Origin: Candidatus Latescibacterota bacterium
GTDB lineage: Bacteria > Latescibacterota > UBA2968 > UBA8231
Length of the DNA: 64,000 nucleotides
Assembly: GCA_965261395.1 (NCBI GenBank)
Contig: OZ253462.1
Coordinates: 160,001-224,000 of the forward strand
Direction of reading: 5' to 3'
The notes under the pieces are model-generated. The model saw only the letters and a list, made by a program, of their open reading frames with translations. It did no database searches and had not been told where the DNA came from. Below, piece after piece: positions 9,137 through 18,143 of the stretch. Position numbers and translations under genes: made by a program. Every line of letters begins with the position of its first letter. The stretch's first letter is position 1.

Positions 9137-10720
9137 ATGAGTAACGGATGGAAGGATGTGCGCGGTTATTTTCCTGGAGATTGGGTCAGGCCCAGGCAGA
9201 ACACGGGGCATTGGCGTCCATTGGTCGATTGGACGGAGGTTTTTCCGGGCCATCGCTCCGTCGATCGAACTGGCGCGTTCGAACTCTACGATGCCCCCAT
9301 CGGCGTCCGCTTGGCGGTCGAGGAGGCGGACAAATCGGCTCCGCTCGAGTTCGATGGCGCAGTGGATGGTGACGTCGATGACGTAGGCAATTCCGTGCGG
9401 GTGTGGCAGGCGGATGACCGATACCACCTGCTCTACTACCAGGGGAGACACGTCGCTTATGCGGTAAGTGAAGATGCTTACCGCTGGACCCGTCCCGGCT
9501 TGGGCATCATCGAGCAGAACGGCTCGAAAGAAAACAACCTGGTTACCGATGTAGGGGGCGACCTGCTCAAAGCGGTATTCGAGGATCCAACCGCGCCACC
9601 TGAAGAGCGGTTTAAGGGCATGGGTTGTGAGGGGGCTCTGATCAATTCGGAGACCGGAGAGGTCGCCAACGCGGGTGAGGAGGTTGACGATGAATACATA
9701 CAAAAGTGGTGGGCCGATCAGGAATACTTGGGTCCAGCCTACAAAGGGCCCAGACTGATTCTCAAGGGCCGGGTAATGGGGTGGGTCTCCCCTGACCGCG
9801 TTCACTGGAAGCGGACCGACAAGATTCTCGCCAATTTTCCCATGGATGGAGGCCTCTCCGCCAGATACGACGAGGAATCCGGTTACTACTACGCCTACTG
9901 TCGCATCCAGGGCGTCCCCCAAGAACAGTTCGACCTGATCGGCAGCGGCGTTCCGGAGGATGGCATCTTCCACCGGGCGATCGGGCTGACTCGGACCAAG
10001 GACTTCAACCACTGGCCCGCTCCCAAGCTCCTCCTCTTTCCAGATGGTCAGGATGAGCCCGACCTCTCGTTCTACGGCGGCGACTACTTTCCCTATCCGG
10101 GTAGAGACGATCTGCACTGCATGTTGGTACAGGCCTACCATCATGCCACCGACCACGTGGACAGCCAGCTCGCCATCAGTCGCGACGGTTTGATTTGGCA
10201 GCGGCCGGAGCGCAAGCCGATTGTTCCGGTGGGAGGTCCGGGTGCGCCCGACGCGGCCATGGTCTATTCCTGGGGCAGCGGCATCGCGGAATTGCCGGAC
10301 GGCAATTGGGGGTCTCTCTACGGAGGGCACACGTCGCTGCACAACGAACCGCAGAGAGGAGAGGCGGTGTTACAGTGGGCCCGGTGGCGGCCCCACAGAT
10401 TCTGCGGCATCGAAACGGATGTGGAGGGTCGGTTTACCTTGCCGACCGTAGTGAGGACCGCCAGTCAGCTGAGGCTCAACTACCGCTGTCGCCCGGGTGG
10501 CTGGATCAAGGTCGAGATTCTGCGCAACATTCCCTCGCGGATTCACCCCGACGTCGATCCGATCGCCGGCCTGACCTTCGAAGAAAGCGATCTGCTGAAA
10601 GGAGATTCGCTCGACCAGACGGTCACCTGGAACGGCAACAGCAACTTGTCCGAGGTGGGTGAGATGTTGGCGATTCGGATCCGGATGTTTCAGGCAAAGA
10701 TCTTCGCGTACCACGTTTAA
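9137..10720 (+). CDS. Hypothetical protein, probable beta-propeller glycoside hydrolase-like
   Basis: Asp-box-like motifs SEDAYRW, SPDRVHW, TKDFNHW and SRDGLIW; long ORF with an RBS. Confidence 0.65.
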   Translation: MSNGWKDVRGYFPGDWVRPRQNTGHWRPLVDWTEVFPGHRSVDRTGAFELYDAPIGVRLAVEEADKSAPLEFDGAVDGDVDDVGNSVRVWQADDRYHLLYYQGRHVAYAVSEDAYRWTRPGLGIIEQNGSKENNLVTDVGGDLLKAVFEDPTAPPEERFKGMGCEGALINSETGEVANAGEEVDDEYIQKWWADQEYLGPAYKGPRLILKGRVMGWVSPDRVHWKRTDKILANFPMDGGLSARYDEESGYYYAYCRIQGVPQEQFDLIGSGVPEDGIFHRAIGLTRTKDFNHWPAPKLLLFPDGQDEPDLSFYGGDYFPYPGRDDLHCMLVQAYHHATDHVDSQLAISRDGLIWQRPERKPIVPVGGPGAPDAAMVYSWGSGIAELPDGNWGSLYGGHTSLHNEPQRGEAVLQWARWRPHRFCGIETDVEGRFTLPTVVRTASQLRLNYRCRPGGWIKVEILRNIPSRIHPDVDPIAGLTFEESDLLKGDSLDQTVTWNGNSNLSEVGEMLAIRIRMFQAKIFAYHV

Positions 10721-10756
10721 GAAGCATGAGGATTGGGTTGCCAGGAGGTTGATCGC

Positions 10757-12742
10757 ATGACATGTAATCAGACGGGTGCATCAGGCGCAACTATCGCCGA
10801 CGCGGGCTCATCCCCGAGACCGGGCGCGGTCCCTGGGTTGGTCGAGGTCAGGGCGACGCGAGTATCGCCGCCCCCCGGATGGGCGCTTCTGGAACGCCGG
10901 TTGATGAAGCTGATGGAGGACGCGGTCGAGCCAATGGTCGACAAGTACGCGGAAAAGGGCGGAGCATTCTACTACGCCGACGATGTCGACGACCTGTACG
11001 AAAGGGTGTACAACTGGGGCCTGTTCTACGCCATGGGGGCCGATCGAAAGGTGCTCGACCTCGGGTTGCAGCAATGGCACGCAACCACGCGGTTCTTCGT
11101 CGACGACATCGTCAGCCGCATCCACCCCCGCTTCCATCCCCAGATCCACAACGAGTACTACAACCAGGCCTCCGCCGGTGCGAATGAGTGGTACCACCAA
11201 GGCGAGGGCAACATGGCCTTCTACCATTTCGGCCTGGCCGATCCCACCATTTCGGAAAACGTGCGCCGCGCCAGGCGGTTCGCGGCGATGTTCATGGACG
11301 AGGATCCCGAGGCCCCCAACTACGATCCACGGCACAGGATCTTCCGCTGCCCCATTCAGACCAGCGTCGGCCCCATGCGCCACGCAACGGTCGACAACGC
11401 GATCATGTGGCTGCAGGGAGGGGAAACGGGTTACGAGAAGGGATACCGCCCCTACAAGGTGCGGGCCACCCTTGATCCGGTGGTGACAGACCTCGAGGGG
11501 AACTGGTTCGAGAATCCCGCGCGCCGGGACGAGATCCTAAAGCTGTTCGACCACATCGTTCTCAACGGCGACGTCCCCCACAGCCTCGGCGCCACCGCCC
11601 TGATCACCAACGCCTTCCTCTACACCGGCGAGGACAAGTACAAGCAGTGGGTGCTCGACTACACCGAGGGGTGGATGGAGCGCATCGAGCGCAACGGCGG
11701 CATCCTGCCCGACAACGTCGGGCCGACCGGCAAGATCGGCGAAAACCGCAACGGCCTCTGGTGGGGCGGGCTCTACGGCTGGAACACCTTCGTCGGCCAC
11801 TACATCATGTTCAGCGCCCTCACCATCGCCGCGGAGTGCGCCCTCCTGCTCACCGGCGACTTCGGCTATCTCGAGCTGCTGCGCTCGCAGATCCGGCTTC
11901 TCATGGACAACGCCATCACCCGCGAGGACGGCCAGCTTCTGTTGCCGGCCCGCTACGGTTCTGACGGCTGGGAGTACGCCAGGGACAACTACGACTACGA
12001 AAGAGGCAGGTTCGTGCCCTACCGCATGCAGGAGCTGGCCCACCTCTATCACGCCTCAATGGCCCAAGAGGACTACGACCTCATCGTCCGCATTCGGGAC
12101 ACCGACAAAATGCGCGACTGGAACCACGTGCCCGTCCTCGGAGAGAAGAGCTACGCCGACACCGAACTGGCGCGCTTCCAGTACTACGACGGCAAGAACC
12201 CGGACTGGCCCGAGAAGATCCTGCAGGCCGAGTACCAGAATGCCCAGACTGACTTCCAGTCGATACTGAAAGAAACCCGCGATGCCAAGACCTTGATCGC
12301 GGACAACCCCTCTCCCCCCACTACGGTCTACACCAAGGGGTTGACGCAGGTGACAATGGGGGCACCGCAATCGGTGTACACGGGAGGGCTGTTGCGCGCC
12401 ACCGTCCGCTACTTCGATGCAGACCGCACGCGGCCGGGCCTGCCACCCGACGTGGCTGCTCTCATCGACAAACTGGGAGCTGACAGCGCAGGTCTTCAGC
12501 TTGTCAACCTGAACGCCGGCGAGACGCGCAACCTGATCGTGCAGGCCGGGGCTTTCGCCGAGCACGAATTTGTCGAACTGACGCATGAAGAGCAGACCGT
12601 CGAGGTGGAGTCGAAGTATTTCGCGGTGCAACTCCCCCCCGGCACCTCCATCCGGCTGGATGTGGGCATGCGCCGCTTTGCTCACCGGCCGACCTATGCC
12701 TTCCCCTGGCACGGGGACGCTATCCCGGTGCCGTACCAGTAG
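10757..12742 (+). CDS. Large hypothetical protein (possible alpha/alpha toroid lyase or hydrolase)
   Basis: About 661-aa ORF with strong GC3 bias and a GGAGG RBS before ATG 10757; no recognised motif. Confidence 0.7.
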   Translation: MTCNQTGASGATIADAGSSPRPGAVPGLVEVRATRVSPPPGWALLERRLMKLMEDAVEPMVDKYAEKGGAFYYADDVDDLYERVYNWGLFYAMGADRKVLDLGLQQWHATTRFFVDDIVSRIHPRFHPQIHNEYYNQASAGANEWYHQGEGNMAFYHFGLADPTISENVRRARRFAAMFMDEDPEAPNYDPRHRIFRCPIQTSVGPMRHATVDNAIMWLQGGETGYEKGYRPYKVRATLDPVVTDLEGNWFENPARRDEILKLFDHIVLNGDVPHSLGATALITNAFLYTGEDKYKQWVLDYTEGWMERIERNGGILPDNVGPTGKIGENRNGLWWGGLYGWNTFVGHYIMFSALTIAAECALLLTGDFGYLELLRSQIRLLMDNAITREDGQLLLPARYGSDGWEYARDNYDYERGRFVPYRMQELAHLYHASMAQEDYDLIVRIRDTDKMRDWNHVPVLGEKSYADTELARFQYYDGKNPDWPEKILQAEYQNAQTDFQSILKETRDAKTLIADNPSPPTTVYTKGLTQVTMGAPQSVYTGGLLRATVRYFDADRTRPGLPPDVAALIDKLGADSAGLQLVNLNAGETRNLIVQAGAFAEHEFVELTHEEQTVEVESKYFAVQLPPGTSIRLDVGMRRFAHRPTYAFPWHGDAIPVPYQ

Positions 12743-12884
12743 CTCCCCACATAGAGTCAACCATCAACATCAGGGCATCCAGATATTCCACTTGCCATAC
12801 TTTTCCCAGATGCGACAGGCGTCACAGGTACACATCAACCGGAGTGCAAAACGCGGTTTGTTACCAAAACTTTCGAACTCTCAG

Positions 12885-14219
12885 CTATAGCCCCTGCATC
12901 GCTGATTCGGGATCGAGAATTACATCAGCAGCAATCAATCGATCCTGTAGCTCGGCCATCGGCACGCCACGACTATCCACACCTGTTGCCCTTGCTATCG
13001 CAGCGGCCGTGCCAGCAGCCTGCCCCATGCCCATCGAGTTGGCTGTGACTCGACTTGATGCCAGGGCCTCTGAAGTTGCCGAGTGACAACGACCCGCAAC
13101 CCAGAGATTCTCTACGCCCTGCGGCAGCAACGTTCTGTACGAAATATCGTACGGCGGTACGATCGGCTGATCGTGATACCCGGCTGCGTCCTCAGGATGC
13201 CGGTCTATCCTCCACGCCCCAAGCACTACTACGTCATCCTGTCGTTTCGCAGTTCTTATATCGTCGCCGGTCAGCATGTAATCGCCGACGATTCTTCTGG
13301 ATTCTCGCGATCCAGCAGTCGGACCACTGGTGAAAAAGTATGCGTCTTTGAACTCGGGTAGTGCTTCTTTCCAGAGCTCGAACATGGTCCACGCATCACG
13401 TCGGCCCTGGATTTCTGCGTTCGTCCAGTCTTGCGGATTAGTTGCGTTTCTGGGAGTGCGAATCACATTGAAATAGATGTCTCGACCTGAGAAAGTTGCC
13501 GGCCACGGACCACCATAAAGGCCGATCTTTCCTTCGGCACGTGCCTTCTCCAGAACGGCCGCACATTTACGACGCAGCTCAAATGTAAGTTCAACAAAGC
13601 CAATTCGGAAGTGCAAGCTCATCGGCTGAAGCGACTCGGCGACCTCGTATGGACATCCTGCCCAGGCGGCGACATCGGCATCACCCGTGGCATCGATAAC
13701 GTACTGGGGTCGTATAGCGACGAGGCCGTCTTTGTTGCTGACTACGACACTGTCCACCCGGTCACCCTTCACGATCACGTCAGACACCTGTGTGTGGAAA
13801 AGCGGATTTACGCCAGACTCGACTAAAACGTCATCCGCAGCCTTCTTGAACAACTCCGGATCAGTGCGCGGAATTACGCGATCAGGATGCTTTTCGACCT
13901 CGGTGAAATCACCGTTCACGTTGTATGAGAGATGTCGAGCCTGCCCGGGCTCAACCACCCCCATTCGTTCGAGCATCTCAAAGACAAGTCCACCCACAAC
14001 AGGCTTACCAGTCTCTTCGTAGACGAATCCATCGAACGCCGAGCCGATGATGTTCGTAAAGAACCCACCGGCAAATCCCATGCGGTCAACTGCCATCACA
14101 GAAGCACCGTTCCGTGCCGCGCCAACAGCCGCACCAATACCCGCCAGCCCCGTTCCGCAAACGAGAACATCTGGTTCAGCGACTACAGGAAGTGATTTTG
14201 TGTACTGGATTATGGACAT
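12885..14219 (-). CDS. FAD-dependent oxidoreductase (FAD_oxidored family)
   Basis: DVLVCGTGLAG, IDATGDADVA, RESRRIVGDY, NLWVAGRCHS and MGQAAG. Confidence 0.88.
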   Translation of the reverse strand: MSIIQYTKSLPVVAEPDVLVCGTGLAGIGAAVGAARNGASVMAVDRMGFAGGFFTNIIGSAFDGFVYEETGKPVVGGLVFEMLERMGVVEPGQARHLSYNVNGDFTEVEKHPDRVIPRTDPELFKKAADDVLVESGVNPLFHTQVSDVIVKGDRVDSVVVSNKDGLVAIRPQYVIDATGDADVAAWAGCPYEVAESLQPMSLHFRIGFVELTFELRRKCAAVLEKARAEGKIGLYGGPWPATFSGRDIYFNVIRTPRNATNPQDWTNAEIQGRRDAWTMFELWKEALPEFKDAYFFTSGPTAGSRESRRIVGDYMLTGDDIRTAKRQDDVVVLGAWRIDRHPEDAAGYHDQPIVPPYDISYRTLLPQGVENLWVAGRCHSATSEALASSRVTANSMGMGQAAGTAAAIARATGVDSRGVPMAELQDRLIAADVILDPESAMQGL

Positions 14220-14261
14220 GATTTGCTACTCGACCAGCCCCCAATCCCCAGCCCCCGCTTC

Positions 14262-14999
14262 TCAATGCTTACACGCCACATGTCGATCTTCATATATTCC
14301 CTTTAGAAACTTTTCTGGATTGAGTTCTTCGGGCAAATAATGCCATGCCGTACTATAGCGCGTGCGATTGCTGTGGTTATCATAAGCACCGTGCAAGAGA
14401 TTGGCGGAAAACAGAACAACCGTGCCAGCGGGAATGACCAGATCCACAGCCTGCGATTCATCGACCTCTGTCCAACTGCCATGCCTGCTTGGATCTCTGC
14501 GGTGCTCGACAATCTCGCCCATCCGGTGGCTGCCGGGCACCACCCGCAAACACCCATTCTCCACATCTGAATCTTCCAGATAAATTCCGCAACTGATAAT
14601 GCGATCCGTATCAGTCCCAAAATAAAAACTGTCCTGATGCCAGCCCGTTGACGTGCCGCCGTTGGGCAACTTCGGAAAGAACTTGGTGCCAAACACATCA
14701 AAATTTTCACCAATCAATACTGCTACACGGTCTAAAATCGCCGTTTCACGCGCCAGTTCCAACACGCGGGAATCGACCACGCAAACACCCTGAATTTTGT
14801 GCAACAAACCCGCCCGGGGTTCACCGCACTCGTCCAACTCGAGCGTCCAGTGCGGCACCTGCTCGGTCAGCTTGCGCCCCTCTGCGACTAGTTCATCAAA
14901 CACCTGCTTGTAATAGGCCAATCGCTCGCCTTGAATCAGGGTTTCAAAAACAAGATAGCCATCTTCTCGAAACTGCCGCGCCTGTTCGTCTGTCAACAT
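14262..14999 (-). CDS. Phytanoyl-CoA dioxygenase family protein
   Basis: WHQD, NGCLRVVPGSH and LLHG...N...R. Confidence 0.9.
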   Translation of the reverse strand: MLTDEQARQFREDGYLVFETLIQGERLAYYKQVFDELVAEGRKLTEQVPHWTLELDECGEPRAGLLHKIQGVCVVDSRVLELARETAILDRVAVLIGENFDVFGTKFFPKLPNGGTSTGWHQDSFYFGTDTDRIISCGIYLEDSDVENGCLRVVPGSHRMGEIVEHRRDPSRHGSWTEVDESQAVDLVIPAGTVVLFSANLLHGAYDNHSNRTRYSTAWHYLPEELNPEKFLKGIYEDRHVACKH

Positions 15000-15016
15000 T
15001 CTTGTTCCTCCTCAAG

Positions 15017-15033
15017 GTATAGGAAAAATAAGG
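15017..15033 (-). repeat. Isolated oriIS-like 17-mer shared with the island repeat
   Basis: GTATAGGAAAAATAAGG is identical to 21249-21265; on the minus strand it reads ...TTCCTATAC followed by CTTG. Confidence 0.45.
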
Positions 15034-15071
15034 GAATTATATATTTGACTTCACAAATCCGTTCAAAACAC

Positions 15072-15115
15072 AAAATCGGCGGTCAGATAGGGTTTCTATG
15101 CTGACCGCCGATTTT
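15072..15115. terminator. Intrinsic terminator (long inverted repeat)
   Basis: AAAATCGGCGGTCAG...CTGACCGCCGATTTT, a 15-bp perfect stem with T-rich tails, downstream of the minus-strand ORF 15140-15427. Confidence 0.75.
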
Positions 15116-15139
15116 TCATTTTAGAAAAGGAGTTATGGG

Positions 15140-15427
15140 TTATGGAGACTCAGAAGGATTGTTTGGATTCGTTAAGGAATCATTTATTTCTTGTTGAATG
15201 TGCTTTACGCCATCTTGGAAACCTTGCTTTACGTGAGGCGGAATATCAGACCTTTGGACGCGATTTTCGTAAAACTCAAGATAAGTGCCAATAACTTGGG
15301 CAATTTGATCTCCATTAGGTATATGATTTTTGATATATCCTAATGTTCCTATTATTGCTTGAGTTGTTGCCATTCTTTGCCCTGAAAGATACTCAGATAT
15401 TTCTTCAGGGCTTTGAGGATTAGACAT
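15140..15427 (-). CDS. Hypothetical protein (low GC)
   Basis: 95-aa ORF with GGAGA RBS and a terminator; AT-rich compared with the backbone. Confidence 0.6.
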   Translation of the reverse strand: MSNPQSPEEISEYLSGQRMATTQAIIGTLGYIKNHIPNGDQIAQVIGTYLEFYENRVQRSDIPPHVKQGFQDGVKHIQQEINDSLTNPNNPSESP

Positions 15428-15600
15428 AGCTAAGTCTCCATTGGTTTGGGATGGTTCAGGCCAGAATTGCCGTCAACGTAACGGAATCCAGTAGCCCGGA
15501 TTTGGACGAAATTGCTCAAAATCGAGCGGAATCAGAGAAAGTAAGGAGAGAATTCCTTAAAATCAATACTTGCTCTGGTTGAAAAATCATTTTATTCTAT

Positions 15601-15766
15601 GGCCGTTCATACTCTTGTAGAGACCCCGTTTAGTCGGGTCTTCTACCCAATACAACAGCCAGAAAGACCCGGCAACAGGGTAGCTCCCTATTGCCCCGGC
15701 GAATAAGTGGAACTTCTCTGATTCTCTACGAGAGTGTGAACAGGCCCGGCCCCTTTAACGGGGGCC
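15601..15766 (+). ncRNA. Candidate structured cis-regulatory leader RNA
   Basis: 19-nt long-range pairing 15605-15623 with 15723-15741 (two G-U pairs), a competing hairpin at 15617-15646 and a GC hairpin at 15748-15766 before the RBS. Confidence 0.4.
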
Positions 15767-15798
15767 ATCCCTGTTCACCTCAACAAAGGAGAATCGCC

Positions 15799-16401
15799 AT
15801 GAAGTTTGCGGTGTTTTTCGTCATTATCGCCCTATTTGCTTGTTCATCGGATAGTCCGGTAGGGCCTAATACGGAGTCTGAACCTGTATTAGAGTCTTCG
15901 GGCAAGGCGGTTGATATAGAAGCAATAGGCGGTCTGTTAAAAGGTCGCTGGTTTAATGTTCACGAACTTAGAGATTCGGATATAATATCATCTATTTGGA
16001 TTTTGGAAGTTCGTGAAATGCCCGGAGAGTCAAGCATTTTTGAATATGACTTAGCCCGGATATATGATGCGAGACAGGAATACTCTCTGAAAGATTACGG
16101 GGAGGAAATAGGTGGTGGAGCTTTCAACGATTTATTGACTTGGGAGTTTGTTGAACGGGGAAGAATCCGGCCATATTCTACGAATGACTCAGGTCATATT
16201 CTATTTGATAGGATATTCAATGATCTCTCTAAAGTCGTTGAAATCGAGATATTTTCTAGTAATCGAGTCATTGTATGGGATTCGATACTTAAAATATCTC
16301 GATGGGATTCATTTGAATATTCTTTAGGCAATCAGATTTTTTTGAATTGTGAAGAATATTCTGATAATGATATATGCCTTTTTGACTACGGTTTCAAATA
16401 A
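15799..16401 (+). CDS. Hypothetical lipoprotein
   Basis: MKFAVFFVIIALFA-C lipobox signal; AAGGAGA RBS; low GC. Confidence 0.7.
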   Translation: MKFAVFFVIIALFACSSDSPVGPNTESEPVLESSGKAVDIEAIGGLLKGRWFNVHELRDSDIISSIWILEVREMPGESSIFEYDLARIYDARQEYSLKDYGEEIGGGAFNDLLTWEFVERGRIRPYSTNDSGHILFDRIFNDLSKVVEIEIFSSNRVIVWDSILKISRWDSFEYSLGNQIFLNCEEYSDNDICLFDYGFK

Positions 16402-16489
16402 AGGAGTTTATGATGGTAAAGCGTGAAGCGATTCCTCAAGAAGTCCATGAGCAGGCCAACTGTCCACGTTCAAGAGAGGGAGGTAAATC

Positions 16490-17095
16490 TTGTCTTATTT
16501 AGTAGGAACTCTCATTGCTGTAATTACAGTATTTGCTTTTTCGCAGCCTTCAGTTGCCCGTGAAAACGAGTTGGAAAGCTGGTACATGTACTGGGGGTTT
16601 GGAGCTTCTGATAATGACCTTTTTGACGATGTAGACCTAGAGGGTACAGGGGTAAGCCATACCTCCCTGTCTGTGGATTCCTTTGGGTTTTATTGGCCGA
16701 GAGGTCAAAAAACACTGGTCGGCGGGGTCATTAATACTTTTGCCGATTTTTTTGAGGGAAGTGATCTTCTTTCTAGTGCCGAGATTAATTCCTATAACTC
16801 GCTTTACTCAATTTCTGCGATGCACTTTCTGTCTCCAAAGATAGGACAGGGATTTTTTGTGCGAGCGGATGCCGGATTAGCCCTTCACTATGCTGAAGTA
16901 AAACTCGATATATTAGGTAATGAAGCAGATTCCGAGTGGACAAGTGAATGGGGATCGGGGTTTCTGATAGGAGGAGGGTACGGACTTCCGATAACAAGCG
17001 GAACGCGATTGCTCCTTAATGCTAATGTCTCTCAGCGGTATGTTGAGGAGGAATCTATGACCAATGTTGGGATCACACTTAACGGGCTGTTTTAG
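16490..17095 (+). CDS. Outer-membrane beta-barrel-like exported protein
   Basis: Signal peptide, alternating aromatic/Gly beta strands and terminal Phe; GGAGG RBS with TTG start. Confidence 0.65.
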   Translation: MSYLVGTLIAVITVFAFSQPSVARENELESWYMYWGFGASDNDLFDDVDLEGTGVSHTSLSVDSFGFYWPRGQKTLVGGVINTFADFFEGSDLLSSAEINSYNSLYSISAMHFLSPKIGQGFFVRADAGLALHYAEVKLDILGNEADSEWTSEWGSGFLIGGGYGLPITSGTRLLLNANVSQRYVEEESMTNVGITLNGLF

Positions 17096-17355
17096 CTGGA
17101 GTTAAGAGCTAAAGAAGTCGATTTCCACTAAAATGGTGCCTGTGAGGGTTTCGACCAAGTGATAAGAGGTAGGCCGGGGAGACTGTCTGACGAATCGCCT
17201 CTTGCAGCCCCCGTGATCGACATTACACAACCCTTAGTTACGCACCCGTCCGGTCGCGTGCGTCGCGAGGCAGTTCGCCTCCTGCAAGGAGCCTAGCCGC
17301 CACACCGGATGCACTCGCACCAAGCCGAACTCCCGGTTGCCCCAGTGTCGGGGGG

Positions 17356-17445
17356 CGTCCTCGGTAGCAGCGCTACTGCGGAGGATGGACGCCCGAACCT
17401 GCTCCATTTCCCGAGCCAGATTCCCCTTGTATGGGAACGAGAGAG
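17356..17445 (-). repeat. Partial copy (right-hand part) of the ISCR-like island repeat
   Basis: CGTCCTCGGTAGCAGCGCTACTGCGGAGG...GCCAGATTCCCCTTG...ACGAGAGA matches 29114-29203 and 23763-23835. Confidence 0.85.
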
Positions 17446-17645
17446 GGCACGTCGCAAGCGCTGGCCGGCGCATGCCCCGGTGGCGATGGTCCCTCGCACC
17501 GAGGCCGCCGTCAGGGCGGCCAGCACGGGCTCCTCATCGGCGAACTGATCGGCGTCGAGTAGGCCGTGTTGGGTACACAGGCGGATGATGAGGCGCGCAC
17601 TCGTCTGCACGATCTGCTGCACCTCTGGGTCGGACAACGGCGGGG
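17446..17645 (-). pseudogene. IS91/ISCR-family (Y2 rolling-circle) transposase internal fragment
   Basis: PPLSDPEVQQIVQTSARLIIRLC...EEPVLAALTAASVRGTIATG...GQRLRR resembles, from memory, the central region of IS91-family transposases; it abuts the repeat. Confidence 0.6.
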
Positions 17646-17852
17646 CTGACAGCCGGAGAAATTGAGATCCTCACGCTGTTTGCCACTGGCAAATCGTACG
17701 CTCAGATAGCAGAGGTGAAGGGCAACAGCCCGATTACTGTTCGGAATGCCATCTACCGCATTTAAGATAGACTTGGAGTAAAGACCAAACAGGAAGTCGT
17801 AGGGTGGGCAGTGCGAAATGGCTTGCTGGGTGACATGCAGCTAGACGACTAG
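17646..17852 (+). pseudogene. LuxR-type HTH (response regulator C-terminus) remnant with internal stop
   Basis: LTAGEIEILTLFATGKSYAQIAEVKGNSPITVRNAIYRI*DRLGVKTKQEVVGWAVRNGLL; no start codon. Confidence 0.75.
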
Positions 17853-18143
17853 CGCCCGCTGGCAGCGGTCAGGTCAGACTTCGTAGGATGTACGACAGTT
17901 GAGGTTGTCGGTTCGGTTTCAGTTCCATTGAGACCTTCCAGCTGAACATTCGCAATACACAATAGACACGAAAAACTCAGGTAATCGTGGCTGGTGGGGC
18001 TAAAGCCAGCACGTAGTCGGACGACACCATTCGTGTGGGGTGGTATCGTCCCCGAGGAGGACCCGTTGTCTCCCCCTTCGGCATCCGATAGCCACCGCGC
18101 GGCCCGGTGAAAATGTAGGTGGGATTGCCCCACGGCATACCAC

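Noticed and set aside
9062-10342. 426-aa minus-strand ORF, and similar long antisense ORFs such as 29268-30311 and 7046-7897
   Set aside because: These are shadow ORFs opposite better-supported genes in high-GC DNA and carry no motifs.
16410-16502. Short ORF MMVKREAIPQEV... with an RBS
   Set aside because: About 30 codons, overlapping the next gene start; at most a remnant with no supporting motif.
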